Position numbers and translations under genes: made by a program. Below are positions 25,346 through 38,999 of a DNA stretch of 64,000 nucleotides, in pieces. The stretch is from Camelus dromedarius (lineage: Eukaryota). The number at the start of each line of letters is the position of its first letter. Position 1 is the first letter of the stretch. The stretch covers positions 29,638,001 through 29,702,000 of the forward strand of contig NC_087437.1 in the NCBI RefSeq assembly GCF_036321535.1. Direction: 5' to 3'. The notes beneath the pieces were generated by a model. It did no database searches. It was not told the origin of the DNA and worked only from the letters and a program-made list of their open reading frames with translations.

Positions 25346-25899
25346 TATAAAAAATATAATATGGATAAAAAACTGTAGGGAAGTGAGTCTTCACATTCAT
25401 AGGGCACCTGGGGAAGATGGACAACTAAGGAGTTGAACGTTTTAACACAGAAATAGGGGAAATAGATTCTAAAATTGCTAAACCCTGGTCGCTGGCTAAG
25501 GCTAGGCAAAAATGTTTTCGGGTGACCCTCTGAAGCCAGACTTCGCTCTATTATGTCCTCAGAACAGCAGTCTTTGCCAGAGACCCAGCAATAAGCTGTG
25601 GTCCCGGAGGAATTACTACTACAACTTCACCTTCTGTTGACAACTAACTTGGGAGGTGTTCAGTTGGGGAGAAGGTGTTGCTTTCTTCCTTATGACAGTA
25701 AATGTGCTTCTGCTTTGAAAGCCTGGGTGTGTGGTCACTTGGTTTATCCTGAGTGTGTGGAGTTGAGTGGGAACAGCTAGCTGTTCCTGTGGGCCCAGAT
25801 ATAGGCTAGGATTTAAACTGAGTAAGATACCCTGGAGAAACCAAAGCGACAGTGTCTGGGGCCCAGGTGAAGACAAATGACAAGGTGGATCATTGTGAC

Positions 25900-26105
25900 A
25901 CCCTGGACATCGAGATTCATGTGTAAAACTCGGCACTTGGATCGAATAGTGTTCTTGGGCAAATTACCATGCCTCTTGTGCCTCAGCATCCTTGTCTGTA
26001 AAATGGGTATAATAATGGCACTTACTTCATAAAATTGTCTTGAAGTTATAATATGGTGATAGAACAGTGCCTGTCCCGAATAGGCTTTCAATAAATGCTA
26101 CTAGT
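25900..26105 (+). mobile_element. MIR SINE
   Basis: cttgggcaaattac...gtgcctcagcatccttgtctgtaaaatgggtataataat...tagaacagtgcctg...tcaataaatgcta. Confidence 0.85.
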
Positions 26106-27224
26106 CTACACAAGAAGATTTTCCTCCATCTTATTTTCTGTTCAACCTGGAGCTTTCCCAGAAAAGGAAGCCAAAGGCAGAGCACCTTTCCTAAGGCAAC
26201 TAAGTTATTTGCAGTATTGGCCTCACTGAAATTTTTTTTTTTTTTTTAAATTCTCATGGCCTGAGGTATTTAGTAGCTTCGGAAGAATCTTCACAGACAA
26301 TGATTTAGGTTTTCAAACATTTGAGAAATGTCAGAGATTTATAATTCAGTCCTGATTAAATGGTAACTGGGTCTCTCCTTTAAGCTGGAACAACCACATA
26401 GCCTAGAAAAGACTTCCCAACTTAGTTGTCAAGTTCTAATCAGGAGTAGAATTACCTGTTGAAAGGATCTGGCTCGGATGGTCCTGAGCTCCCAGGTGAC
26501 TGAGATGCCGTATGGGAGTCAGAGGTGGCTGGCTTTGGGTTGACCGTGGACCCCGCCACCCTGGATGCTTCCGCGCCCTGCATGCCCACCTCCCCTCCCC
26601 CTGCGGGGCTGAGGTGGCTGAGTTAGTTCAGCCTGCACTGAGTGTCCGGAAGAAGGCAGCTGCTTTATTATGCTGCTGCTTAAAGCAGGGCATTTAGGAA
26701 GAGCCCTTATGAAGCACCTGTTCTCACTAAATATTTGGTTGGCATTCTTTGGGCTGAAAAAATAGTTTGTACATACGGTGACCTTTATTCATTTCCTATT
26801 CCTGAAAAGCCTTTCATTCAACATTGCCTGACAGTTTTTACAAACTAATTAGGAGTAGCTGAATGAGTTAATGGAGATCCCACTATTTTTTCCTCCCATT
26901 TTCTCATTATTCTGTAGTCGTAGTTCCAAAATTGAGACTTCAGCAATAGAGCACCTCTTTGACGCAGAAGGTCAAGCCCTCACCCGTGCTGTTTCCAGCA
27001 CTGCATTATTCATTTGGATTGGCAGTTCTCTTAATTAACACCTTGTCTGTATTTACTGCAAAGGTTCAGAGTTAGGAACTAAAGCCAAGAGTGTAGTGTC
27101 TTTAATATGAATTTGCTACATTTCAAAATAGAGATGATTTTGTCTAAGACCTCAGCCCAGTAATGTCTCGAAAATGCACTGTAAGCTTACATTTTCTAAC
27201 TATTCATTATTGATCATCCATTTT

Positions 27225-27572
27225 TAACATTTCTTATTGATTTATAATCATTTTACAATGTTGTGTCAAATTCCAGTGTAGAGCACAATTTTTCAGTTAT
27301 ACCTGAACATATATATATATATTCATTGTCACATTTTTTTCTCTGTGAGCTACCATAAGATCTTGTATGTATTTCCCTGTGCTATACAGTGTAATCTTGT
27401 TTATCTATTCTACATTTTGGAATCCCAGTCTGTCCCTTCCCACCCTCCGCCTCCTTGGCAGCCACAAGTTTGTATTCTATGTCTATGAGTCTGTTTCTGT
27501 TTTGTATTTATGTTTTGTTTGTTTTTTTTCTTTAGATTCCACATATGAGCGATCTCATATGGTATTTTTCTA
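27225..27572 (-). mobile_element. Young 5'-truncated LINE-1 3' end (same subfamily as 447-901)
   Basis: Closely matches the reverse complement of 447-901 (both ORF translations share LDSTYERSHMVFF). Perfect 13-bp TSD GATCATCCATTTT at 27212-27224 and 27573-27585. Confidence 0.95.
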
Positions 27573-28791
27573 GATCATCCATTTTATACTAGGCAGAATG
27601 AGTTTATCATTTCTCATTTCTAGTAATTTAGATAGGGAAAAAGACAAGTAAACTAATACACCTCCGTTGCTAAAATAAGGGGCTATAAAAGGTAAGGTGA
27701 AGGCTGGTGTTGTTTATAATTATAAGCTACTTCAATGAATATTCATGAGAGCAGAAATTAACTGCACATTTAACGTATTCTTCCAGTTTAAAGGAAAGAA
27801 TTGAGTAATTGTCTTAAAGATGTACAATGCTTTTCTTGAGCCACTAACATGAAATAATCTGAATAGCACGTTATTTGAAGGAGGTGCAGATAGTAGCCAG
27901 GGAGGAAAGAATTGGAGAAGCATTTTCTTCTTTGCTGTTGGTTTCTACCCTCGGGATATTCACACCTCAACGCAGCCCCTTTAACTCTGCGGTATTCGTA
28001 ACATGTCTCAGGTCTCACAGGCATTAAGATATTAATTGCTGTCTGATCCTCCTAATTAGCTTGACTGATTGTTGGAGCCTGGAGCAACATCAGGAGTCTG
28101 ACAAGGTTACTTGCAGACTGACATTTTATTGTTTTATTTATCACTTATTAATTACTGTTAGCTGCCATGTCATAGTGATCTATTTCAAGAAAGTGGAACC
28201 ACCATTAGTGTGCTTTGCCTGTTAACATGATTTTTGTTTTCTTTTGTATTATTTTTTATTTACCCATATTTAACACAACAGATTTTCAAATCCATTGACA
28301 AGAATATAGCATTTGGGGACATTTGAAAATTGTCAAATAAATATATTTCTGGTTTGCAAAAAATATACTGGTAACATTGAGTCAAAGCAAAGTGATGAAA
28401 GTGTTACAGGATAGCCTTTGCTTGGTTCCAGTCACTAGAATAGAAATTTTCTTGTAATTCAAACTGTGCTGTGTTTACAAACCTTGAAATAGGTGAGGTT
28501 AAGTGTCATCTTCATTCTCTCTCAGAAGCAAGGAAAAGTCTTTTATGATTAAATCATTTCACAGATTTGTGATTTTACTAAATCAAAAATTGATTTCTGC
28601 TGTCTAATTACTTGAGATAGTTTTCTAGGACCCTCCTTACCTGGAAAAAGGGGAACAAATCAACCATGTTTTATTTCACTGATAAAAAATACCCAGAACA
28701 ATATGATGATTGGAAAACGACCCTGAATTTTAAGTTAGTTCTTGTGAATTTGTGGTAACTTTTCATATGATGACACATATTTCTGATTCCC

Positions 28792-29251
28792 TGCGAGAGA
28801 CTGAATATACAGACACATAATAGCCAGACCAGATATTAAAACAGAACTCTGTCTTACAACCTGCAGCAGCCAGTCCAGCAAGCCAAACCACAACCTAGAT
28901 AGAAATCAGCCCCAGAGGGTCAGAACTTGATCAATAACCAACAGCTTCCCTAATTTTTGCCCCTGCTACCAACTTAGGACCAATGGGATAAAGCCAAATA
29001 CATGACCTTAACCAACCTCATAGGATGTCCGACTTCTAGTTACCTGACCTCCAGCTTCCCCACACCAACAGTTTCCAATCAGGGCGCACCTGAAGCCCTC
29101 CTTTTTTCCACTCACAAGCTGTCCCACTTCTCTGCCTGCCTCTGAGTTTCTGCCAAACACAAATTATGGTGGCTGACTCTCTTGCTGTAGCAGGTTCTGA
29201 ATGAATAGCCCTTACTGGCTGTCATTTGACTGGTCTTCATTTATTTCCATG
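28792..29251 (+). mobile_element. ERV1-type solo LTR (MER89-like)
   Basis: Starts TG; ccaatcagggcgcacctgaagcc...ctgcctgcctctgagtttctgccaaac...ggtggctgactc...ggtcttcatttatttcca resembles the recalled MER89 consensus. Confidence 0.7.
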
Positions 29252-30530
29252 CTTGGGAGTAGACTACATTTTTCTAAGCCATATTCTTAAAGTTTATTAC
29301 TCTTTTTTATCAATATATTCTTATGCAACTCTTGGGACAGTCTCTATAAGTCAGTGGCACCTTCCAAAAAAACATGATTCCATTTTTCCCATCATTTATC
29401 CAATTTGAGAGTGATTTTGACCCCCAAAGTAATTAAAACTATTTTTAAAAGAACACTCCTCCTTTACTGGGTGTGATGTATTAAAGAACATTCTGCAATA
29501 GAGCCAAGGGTTTATATTGCTTACATCTAAAAGGAAGAATAGGATTAAAAAACTTTTTCCAGAGAAGTTTTTCAAAGACAGAATCAGAAAGTGGAAAGAC
29601 ATATTCTGAACAATGATGCTTTTATGAGCTTCATGGCTTTCTTAATCATGAAGTGGATAGAGAGATTGATGTTAAGCCTGATTTCAAACGATGTAGAAAT
29701 TCATAAATTAGAAATATATTGGCAAAATCCCTAATGAGAAATGGGCCTAATTTACATGCACAACTGCTTTAGGGTTTGTTTGATAATTACCATTACACTG
29801 TGCCATTACCATAGTAAAGCCATGATTACATGACACATTTCCACCAATACTGCACCTAAAATTAAAGGACATAAAAGTAACATTAAGGAAACCTAAGGCC
29901 ACAAAGGTCAAAGTTGAAGCCATCTATCAGCTTCAGGAATCCCGTTTCTACTTGGGTATTTAAATAAACCATTAGGTATGTTAGTATAGAATAGTGGAGT
30001 TCAGGAATATACCTAGTTCTTATCTAATCCATTCATGCTGTGAACGTGTTTCCTAACAAATCTGGGAATATCAACATTCTCTTAAAAACACACTACAAAC
30101 TAGATTTCATTGACATCAAGAAAACAATATATTTCCCTGTTAGTTTTCCAATTTAATTGCCACAAAATTATTTCTTGAATTAATATATTTTAGTTTAATA
30201 TATTTTAAGTATTTAATTTCCTTATTTGTAGGAAATCAAATGCTGTAAGATACATTCAGTACTGTATTCAACAATTACTCTAACTGCTATGAGCAAATAT
30301 CAATTTGATAAAGTTATTTCTATCTTAAGAAAGACCTAAAAGTACACAGCCAGTCCCATCTGCTCAAAGGCAACACTTGTATGAGGCATCACATCGATTC
30401 TCTGAAACTTTGTAGTGCAATTATACTATAGACCTTTTTGTCCACCATTATGATGCAATCACAGTGAAAGTCATTCTGGAGCTAACAGGGTTAAGAGAAG
30501 AACAAATCTCTGTTAATTTAATTCCATCCC

Positions 30531-30975
30531 TTTTTTTTAAAAAAGTATAGTTGATGTCCAATATTGTGTTAGTTTCAGGTGTACAGCATAGTGATTCAGG
30601 TTTTTTTTGCAGATTATACTCCATTACAGGTTATTACAAGATAATAGGTGTAATTCCCTTTGCTATATAGTATATCCTTGTTGCTTATCTATTTGAGATA
30701 TAGTAGTTTGTATCTGTTACTCCATACCCCTAATTTGTCCCTTCCTCCTTCCCTCTCCCCTTTGGTAATCACAAGTTTGTTTTATATATCTGTGAGTCTG
30801 TTTCTGTTTTGCATATACTTTAATTTGTATTATTTTTTAGATTCCACATATAAGTGAAGTCATAAAGTATTTGTCTTTGACTTATTTCACTGAATGTAAT
30901 ATTCTCTAGGTGCATCCACGTGTTGCAAATGTCAATATTTCATTCTTTTCTATGGCTGAGTAATATTCCGTTATG

Positions 30976-31028
<53 letters not shown>

Positions 31029-31995
31029 CACATCTTCTTAAGCCAGTCATCTATTAACAGGCACTTAGGTTGCTTCCAAGTCTTGGATATTGTAAATAAT
31101 GCTGCTGTGAACATTGGGCTACATGTATCTTTTCAAAGTAATGTTTTTGGTTTATTTTTTTGGATATATACCCAGGAATGGAATTGCTTTCCACAGTGGC
31201 TGCACCAATTTACATTCCCACCAATGATGTACAAGGGTTCCCTTTACTGCACATCCTCACCAACATTTCTTATTTGTGGCCTTTTTGATGATAGCCATTC
31301 TGACAGCTGTGAGGTGATATATTATTGTCATTTTGATTTGCATTTCCCTGATAATTAGCAATATTCAGCATCTTTTCATGTGCCTGTTGGCCATTTGCAT
31401 TTCCTCTTTGGGAAAATGTCTATTTAGTTCTGTCCATTTTTTAATTGGGTTGTTTGTTTTTTTGAAGTTGAGTTGTATGAGCTGTTTATGTATATTGGGT
31501 ATTAACCCCTTATTGGTCATATTATTTGCAAATATCTTTTCCCATTCAGTAGGTTGTAATTCCATTTTGTCAATGGTTCTTTTTCTGTGCAAAACCTTTT
31601 AAGTTTAATTAGGTCCCATTTATTTATTTTTGCCTTGTTTGATTTGGGAGACAGCTCCAAGAAAATACTACTACAATTTACATCAGAGTGTTCCTCTTAT
31701 ATTCTCCTAGGAGTTTATAGTTTCAGGTCTTACATTTAAGTCTTTAAATCATATTGAGTGTGTTTTTATATATGTATGAGGGAATGTTCTAATCTCATTG
31801 TTTTATATGTTTCTGTCCAGTTTTCCCAGCACCACTTGCTCAAGAGATTGTCTTTTCTCTATTGTATATTCTTGCCTCCTTTGTCATAGTGATCATAGAT
31901 GTGTGTATTTATTTCTGGGCTCTCTATTCTGTTCTGTTGATCTGTGTGTCTGTATTTGTGCCAATACCACACTGTTTTGATTACTACAGCTTTGT
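30531..31995 (-). mobile_element. 5'-truncated LINE-1 (~1.5 kb) with internal (AC)n microsatellite
   Basis: ORF2 remnants [11 protein letters not shown]...NNPIKKW...MANRHMKRC (31365..31592) and [13 protein letters not shown]...RIESPEIN (31859..). T-tail at 30531; (AC)~23 at 30979-31024. Confidence 0.95.
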
Positions 31996-32237
31996 TTGTT
32001 TTCCATTTAAGTGAGGGAGTTAGCCAAGAAAGAGAAAAGACATGGGGTACAAGTAACAGGAGATCCAACAAAAGAAAAGAACCAAAGGAAAGCCTCAGAA
32101 TGATGCTGAAGGACACACTAGGATGGCATCTGTGATACTGACGTAGAGAGCAACCCCATGAGAAACTTCTCTGGAGGGAAAAAAAGAAAACTGATGGAAT
32201 ATCTGAGGCAACTAAAATCTTGAGGAATGATTTGGAC

Positions 32238-32370
32238 CTGAGGTCAGCAAACGACAGCTTGTGGGTCCAACCTACACTAGCAGAGTTGAGTAGCTGTGAC
32301 AGATACCACAAGGTCTAAAGAACTAAAAGTCTAAAAGATTTATGGCTCTTTATAGAAAAAAGTTTGCCAA
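32238..32370. mobile_element. hAT-Charlie MITE fragment (MER58-like) within an old L1MC 3' region
   Basis: Terminal motifs ggtcagcaaac ... gaaaaaagtttgcc; gcagagttgagtagctgtgacaga. Confidence 0.7.
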
Positions 32371-34787
32371 AAAGGTTTGAGGTTGAATTAGCCATGAACA
32401 CATTAGGAAACTAAGGAAAAGAAGATAAAGAATGGCAATTAACTCCAGAGAAAACAGAAATAGAAAAATAACAATTTATCATATGGCTCAGCCTTGAATT
32501 GCATTTCATAGCATTAATAATATAAACATTGAATATTCATATAAGCAAAATTATAATCCTTGGGGAGGATGGCGAGGGCTGAGGGAGAAAAGAGACCTCA
32601 GTCCTTGTCATACATAGTGGAAACTGAATAGATAATGGCTAAAACTGAAAAATCAAGGAGTAACAATCTTAAAAAGCATGACACCAAGAAAGTCAACTAA
32701 AGGACGTAAAAGTGGTTGCTTCTGAGGAAGAGGAAAGAAAAAGAGTTGACACTGTTGTTTTGGAAACAAACCTAGTGTAACCCTTGGCTCTTAAATTATG
32801 TGCGTATGTAATTTTGAAAAAAAATTAAATTCAAACTAAAATCAAAATAATTTGAGCCTGGCATAATATAAAAACTATTCATAAAACAACAGTCATTTCA
32901 GAAAGTTTTCAGCCCTGGTCTATGTGCTGCCCATGTGCATTCAATTCTCCCACTAGTCCTCAGTAAGAATAATTACCCAGAATGACTCATTCACATGATC
33001 TTTGCACCCTAATGAAAAACATTTGTTGTTGTATAGTAACAGTTAAGTCCCAGTGATTCCAGGAGACTTTCAATATAATAGATATTCTGGGAATTATTTC
33101 CCCAAGAAGTCTCAGATAGTACTGGAAGTGTTTTATTATTATTATTTGTTTGTATTGCCACTATAAGTGACTGTTTCTGTTCAACTTCTTTTCTTATAAA
33201 GTGGGAAAAAAAGAGAGAAAAGACAGAAATACCCTAAGATTATTATTGAGATCAAATGTAAATAAAAATTCTTTGGTGCTAGGTAATAAGAGATTTTTAA
33301 ATTATTACATTAAAAATATGTGCATTATAGACCAAGAGAAGTATTTGCTGGAGCTGTTATTACTCTGTTCTGACATTTAACAGATTCACACAATATTCTA
33401 CACAACTAGACTGACTGCCAAGCTATAACCAAAGCGTTCTTGTTTTCCTGAAAAATAGTTTGTAATTTAGAATACTTTTTCCTATAATCACCAGTTATTT
33501 GGCTTACACTTAATGCTTTTAATTTTCACTTTGATAAGTAAATAATATGTATGCTATTAAGACTGACTTCAAGGAAAAGGAAAGACATTCCTATGGATGA
33601 TCGTGGATATTGCACAAAATCGAGCTCCTCTTTTGTTTGTGCATGTATAATTCAAAATACCACTGCATTTCATGTTCCCTAATTCTTCTAGCAATAATCT
33701 GTCCTTTTCATAGTACATCTAAGACTTGATTCATCAACTATGAGATCATTACTATTTGGGTGCCTGCATTCTAGAATGTAAGAGTGATAGAACACAAAGA
33801 CAATGAGTCTTGTGTTGAGAAACTTTTACGAGCACCAAGGAATGCATATAATATGAAAGAAGAGATGAGCTCATGCATAAAATGTATTAGTGTGAACTGA
33901 GGTATTGAAAATTGGTATGCCTTGATGTCAAATAAAGATCTTTATCTCCCTTGACTTTTTGAATATAGAGACTGCAGGATTGAATGATGTGGTTACAGTC
34001 ATCTGAAGTCTAAATTTTCCAACTTCTTATACCTTTTGTCCAAAGTGACTACTGTAATCAAAAAAAAAAAATAGAAGAATCAGTAAGTTTAAAGATATAT
34101 TTCAAATTGTTTTCAGTGGATTTTTTAAACTGCACCTACATTGTATCAGAACATGAGGGTGAAAATTGAATTCGGTCAACCAGAAATTTTTGACTGCATT
34201 ACACCAAAAATACAGATGGAGGATAAGAAAATATAAATCCTAAAGCTTCACAGAAGACTTTTATGTTTTATTTTTTGTCCCTACTCTTTCTGCCTCCCTA
34301 GGCTCCCATTTAATACCACTCCACTGAATCTTTTTACTTTGTACCCTCTCTTTCTTTGGGACTTTAAAGTTTCTGAGTGAGCAATTGCATTCCCATTTAT
34401 CCTTGAGAAGCTTGACAGAATTCTTGCTCTGCTTTTGTTTCCCCTTTTCAGATTATCATTCTACTTCCCAAGATTGGTTTCACTGCTGAAGTATCTCCTC
34501 ATATCTTTCCAGTCATAGGACACATCATTTTTCTCCTCTAACTTGAGATTAAAAGAGGAAAACCACTTAAAATAATATAGTAATTTAAACCAACTAGCAC
34601 CCTTCTTTCAAGCAGGGAGGTTTCATGATTCAGCATGTGAGTCACCTAACTTGCCCCTGATTTTGGAATTCCTACAATTTCAACTACTTCAACTGAATCA
34701 TCTAATGTTGAACTTTAGTCTCAAGATCTCTTTTTTTTTTGGTTCCTTTACTCTTGGCTCCTTTATTTGGCTCTTGGTCCATTGTCC

Positions 34788-35791
34788 TATTTATTTATTT
34801 ATTTGTTTGTTTGTTTGTTTGTTTGTTTAAATTGAAGTATAGTCAGTTACAATGCATCAATTTTTGGTGTACAGCACAATGTCCCAGTCATGCATATATA
34901 TACATATATTCATCTTCATTTTCTTTTTCATTAAAGGTTATTATGAGATTATTTAATATAGTTCCCTGTGCTATACAGAAGAAATTTGTTTTTTATCTGT
35001 TTTTATATATATATAGTGATTAACATTTGTAAATCTCAAACTCCCAAATTTATCCCTTCCCACTCCCTTTCCCTAGTAACCATAAGATTTTTACTATGTC
35101 TGTGAGTCTGTTTCTTTTGTAGATGAGTTCATAGTGTCATTTTTTTCCTTTCCTTTTCTTTTCTTATTTTTTTTAGAGTCCTCATATGCATGATATCATA
35201 TGGTATTTTTCTTTCTCTTTCTGGCTTACTTCACTTAGAATGACGATCTCCAGGTCCATCCATGTTGCTACAAATTCTTTTTTATTGCTGAGTGGTAGTC
35301 CATTGTATAAATATACCACAATTTCTTAATCCAGTCACCTGTCGATGGACATCTAGGCTGCTTCCATGTCTTGGCTATTGTAAATAGTGCTGCTGTGAAC
35401 ATTGGGAGGCATGTATCTTTTTGAATAAGCGTTCCCTCTGGATATATTTCCAGGAGTGGTATTGCTGGATCATATGGTATATCTATTTTTAGTTTTTTGA
35501 GGGATCTCCATACTGTTTTTCATAGGGGCTGCACCAAACTACATTCCCACCAGCAGTGTAGGAGTGTTCACTTTTTCTCCACACCCTCTCCATCATTTAT
35601 CATTTGTGGATTTTTTAAATTATGGCCATTCTGACTGGTGTAAGGTGATACCTCTTTGTAGTTGTGATTTGCATTTCTCTTTGATACTTAGCGATATTGA
35701 GCGTTTTTTCATGTGCCTATTGGCCATTTGTATGTCTTCATTGGAAGAGTGCTTGTTTAGGTCTTCTGCCCATTTTTGGATTGGGTTATTT
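34788..35791 (-). mobile_element. 5'-truncated LINE-1 (~1 kb)
   Basis: (TTTA/TTTG)n tail, aattgaagtatagtcagttacaatg terminus, ORF2 remnant [13 protein letters not shown]...MANRHMKK (35620..35838). Confidence 0.95.
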
Positions 35792-36689
35792 ATCTGTTTA
35801 TTTAGGCTCTGGCTCCTCTGTGGTCCTTGTTTCATCACTGGTCACCAAAATCTTTTGTTCATTAAATTGAATTGTTTATTCAACACACATTGATTGATTT
35901 CCTTTTTTGGGCGAGGCACTATGCCGGGTGCAGTGAGGACTTTAAAAAAGAAATTCAAACATAGGTAGCTCCAAGGAGCTCACAATACAATAAAGATAAA
36001 CTTGCACACATGAAATTAAAATACAGGTAAAGAATATAAGAGCATACCATAAGAGAGATGCAGAAAATCTGAATTCTGAAAGAAGAGGGATTACTGGAAT
36101 AAGAGGAAACTTAGGGCAGAGAATAAGAAAAATTTTCCAAGGAAAAAGTGAAGATGGATAGGACTTGAAAACTCAAGATTTGTACACATTGAGGGTGGGC
36201 AGTAAACAGAGAAAAATGGTTCAGGAAGGAAAGCATTCCAAGGAGGAAATAACATGAGTCGTATCAGGCACAGAATTCTAATGTGAAATATTTATGTTTG
36301 CCTAGAGCTCAGTGTGAAGGAAAAGAAGACCAGTTTTAAGAAATTAAAAAAGAGTAGCCCCCTCTGTTGTATTTAAAACCATTTCATTTAAAACGATTTT
36401 ACTGGTTTAAAGAGTTAATGAGATATTTATCTACATAAGAATCAAGGACTTTTGTCCTGTGAAATAAATGTTAGTAAGGACAGGTATAGGACTGTCTCTT
36501 TAGGATGTGTTTATAATCCATATGATAGTCATCAGGAAGTTATTTCACAGCAACACCAACTTATGCAGTCTCCTGGAGATGCTCAGTGGTAGTTCTCAAG
36601 CAAGAGCCAGGGCTCTTCACAAATGAGAGATCTGTTTTCAGTTGACTCCAAATAGAGATTCTTCATGCTTAAAAGACTTATAGGCCTCT

Positions 36690-37615
36690 TCTATTTATTC
36701 ACTCAATGAATGCATTTCCATGAAGTAGTGATGTTAGTCCTGACATGTAAAACATGACTAAGAACTAAGTGAAGGGGTCATGTGTGGGGACAGGTTTTCC
36801 AGGGAAAGGGTGCAGAATGCAGAAAGACTTAGTGATGGGAGGGAGAAAATGGCACTTTCAAGGAACTGAGAGTCTGTAGCTGACACAGAGGAAGCAAGGG
36901 GCAGCATGTGGCAAGATAAAACAGGAGATCACAACAGGGCCTTTGCCAGGGTAAGGCTTTTCAGCAATATCCAAAGATCCATGAGGAGCCGTAGGAGAGT
37001 TTTAAGTAAGAGAATGACATAATCAGAACTGAAGATTTTGAAGACCACTGTTACAGCTGTGGAACAAAGTGACTGAAGTGGAGCAAGAGTGGGTGTACAT
37101 CATTTAGGAGGCTAGACAGCGTGCTAGCCAAGAGATGATGGTACTTAGACTAGGGTGTTGTGGTGGAGATGAAAGAAATTAGGTGGAGTCAAGAAATTGT
37201 CAAAAGACAAAACTAACAGGGCTAAGAAGTTGATAAAATAGGGTAATGAGAGAAAGGATGTATCCAGAATGGTTCCCCATGTTTCTAGGTTTCAGAACTG
37301 GATAGATGGTAGAGTCATTTATAGAGTTAGGGAATGATGAAAGAGTGTCGGGTTTTGGAGGGGAAGATAAGTTTATTCTCGTATATGAAAGGCTAAAGTA
37401 GCCTCGAAATACCAAGAATGAACTGGATGTCTGGCAGAGAGAATAGAGAGGGTAACAGAAGCCACAGGATCAGATAGAACACTCAGGGAGAGAGTGTCAT
37501 ATGACAAGAGGGCAGAGCACAGGACTTAAGGACTCTAGCATTTCAAGTCTGGTTAGGAGGATAACCAGGAAAGTGTGACATCACAAAAGCCAATCGAAAG
37601 AGTGCTTTGGTCACC
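36690..37615 (-). mobile_element. L2 LINE relic
   Basis: tttaagtaagagaatgacataatcaga...ttaggaggct...agagatgatggtacttagactagggtg...atggtagagtcattt...gtgtgacatcacaaaagccaa. Confidence 0.8.
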
Positions 37616-37652
37616 AGTAGAAAATCTTTCCTGAAGGTATAGTGCTTGACAT

Positions 37653-38069
37653 TGTGTACCACCCAGATCTCCCTTTCAGGAAGAATGTGCTCTCTGTGAA
37701 CAGACCAGACACAGTTATTTGTTACTGCTGAGGAACACTTGCCTCAAATAAAAGCAAGAAGGGCCATCCCAGTGCCAGAGTTCCCACCAAATCAGCTGAG
37801 ACTTCTGGTGCAGCCGCATCACCCTTCAACCTCTTTCTCTGTCCAGTTCATCTTCCCACCTTCTCTTACAGATGTCATGAGAGCACACCCCAGTAAACTT
37901 CTTCCATTCAAAATCATGTCTCAGGGTCCATTTTCAATCCAACCTAAGATGAATGGTCCTAGAAATGCAGTTCTAAAATGAGAGCTGGCAATAAGGATCC
38001 AATCACTGGTAGCAGATGCTACGCAAGATACCTCACATCACACTGTAGCTGTGCAACTGGTAAAGCAAT
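37653..38069 (+). mobile_element. LTR16-like LTR followed by start of ERVL (ERV3-16A3-like) internal sequence
   Basis: ccacccagatctccctttcagg...agtaaacttcttcc...gtctcagggtcc...ccaacctaaga, then gctggcaataaggatccaatcactggtagcag...gtagctgtgcaactggtaaa. Confidence 0.7.
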
Positions 38070-38518
38070 CAGCTACCATGCGACCCAGCAGTCCCACTCC
38101 TGGCTGTATATCCAGAAAAGACGAAAGCTCTAATTTGAAAAGATATGTGCACCCTGACTTCATAGCAGCACTATTTACAACAGCCAAGACATGGAAATAA
38201 CCCAAGTGCCCATCAATAGATGATTGGTTTAAGAAAATGTGGTGTATATATATATATATATATAATATATATATATTATATATACAATATATATACACAC
38301 ACACATACATACATATATATAATGGAATATTACTCAGCCTTAAAAAAGAATGAAATATTGCCTTCTACAGCAACATGGATGGACCTAGAGAATATCATAC
38401 TGAGGGAAGTAAGTCAGACAGAGAAAGACAAACATTATATGATATCATTTATATGTTAAATCCAAAAAATAATACAAATGAATCTATAAACAACAGAAAC
38501 AGACCCACAGACACAGAA
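38070..38518 (+). mobile_element. LINE-1 fragment (ORF2 end/3' UTR) lacking its 3' terminus
   Basis: agctaccatgcgacccagcagtcccactcc...ttcatagcagcactatttaca; MEYYSALKKNEILPSTATWMDLENIILREVSQ in ORF 38220..38459; stops at cagacacagaa with no poly-A. Confidence 0.9.
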
Positions 38519-38799
38519 GTTTTGTGAAATGAAGATTAATAACAGTACTCTGTCTCAAAGATATCTTATCCTTTTTGTCACAAATTGGGAAGATGATGTT
38601 GCTCTACCCTGTAGGGTATGTTTTTATTAAGCATAATTTTAATTAGGAATTAGGAATTAAGAAACTAAGATACAAAAAAGTTACGACTTGTCCAAAACCA
38701 TAGACATGTTGATGGTTAGAAACAGGATACAAACTCAGGCAAGGCTGACTCCAGAGTCTGCGTACAGGTTCACCTTTCTCTACTGCTTCTTCAGAAGAC

Positions 38800-38999
38800 A
38801 GGGATTATTGACTGGGTGGTGGCTTGCAAAAGCCTACGTGCACATCTCCATCCATCCGTCGTTCAGTGATATCATATTGGTAGCTTAAAATCAGCCATAA
38901 TGGCAGTATTTACATCACAGATACCAACAAATATTACAAATAAGGAAACTTTTCTTTTTCAGAAAGCTGACTGTTCAACATTTACCAAAACACCATTGG
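38800..38999. mobile_element. hAT DNA transposon relic (MER63-like)
   Basis: ttggtagcttaaaatcagccat...agtatttacatcacaga...ctgttcaacatttaccaaaacaccattg. Confidence 0.65.
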
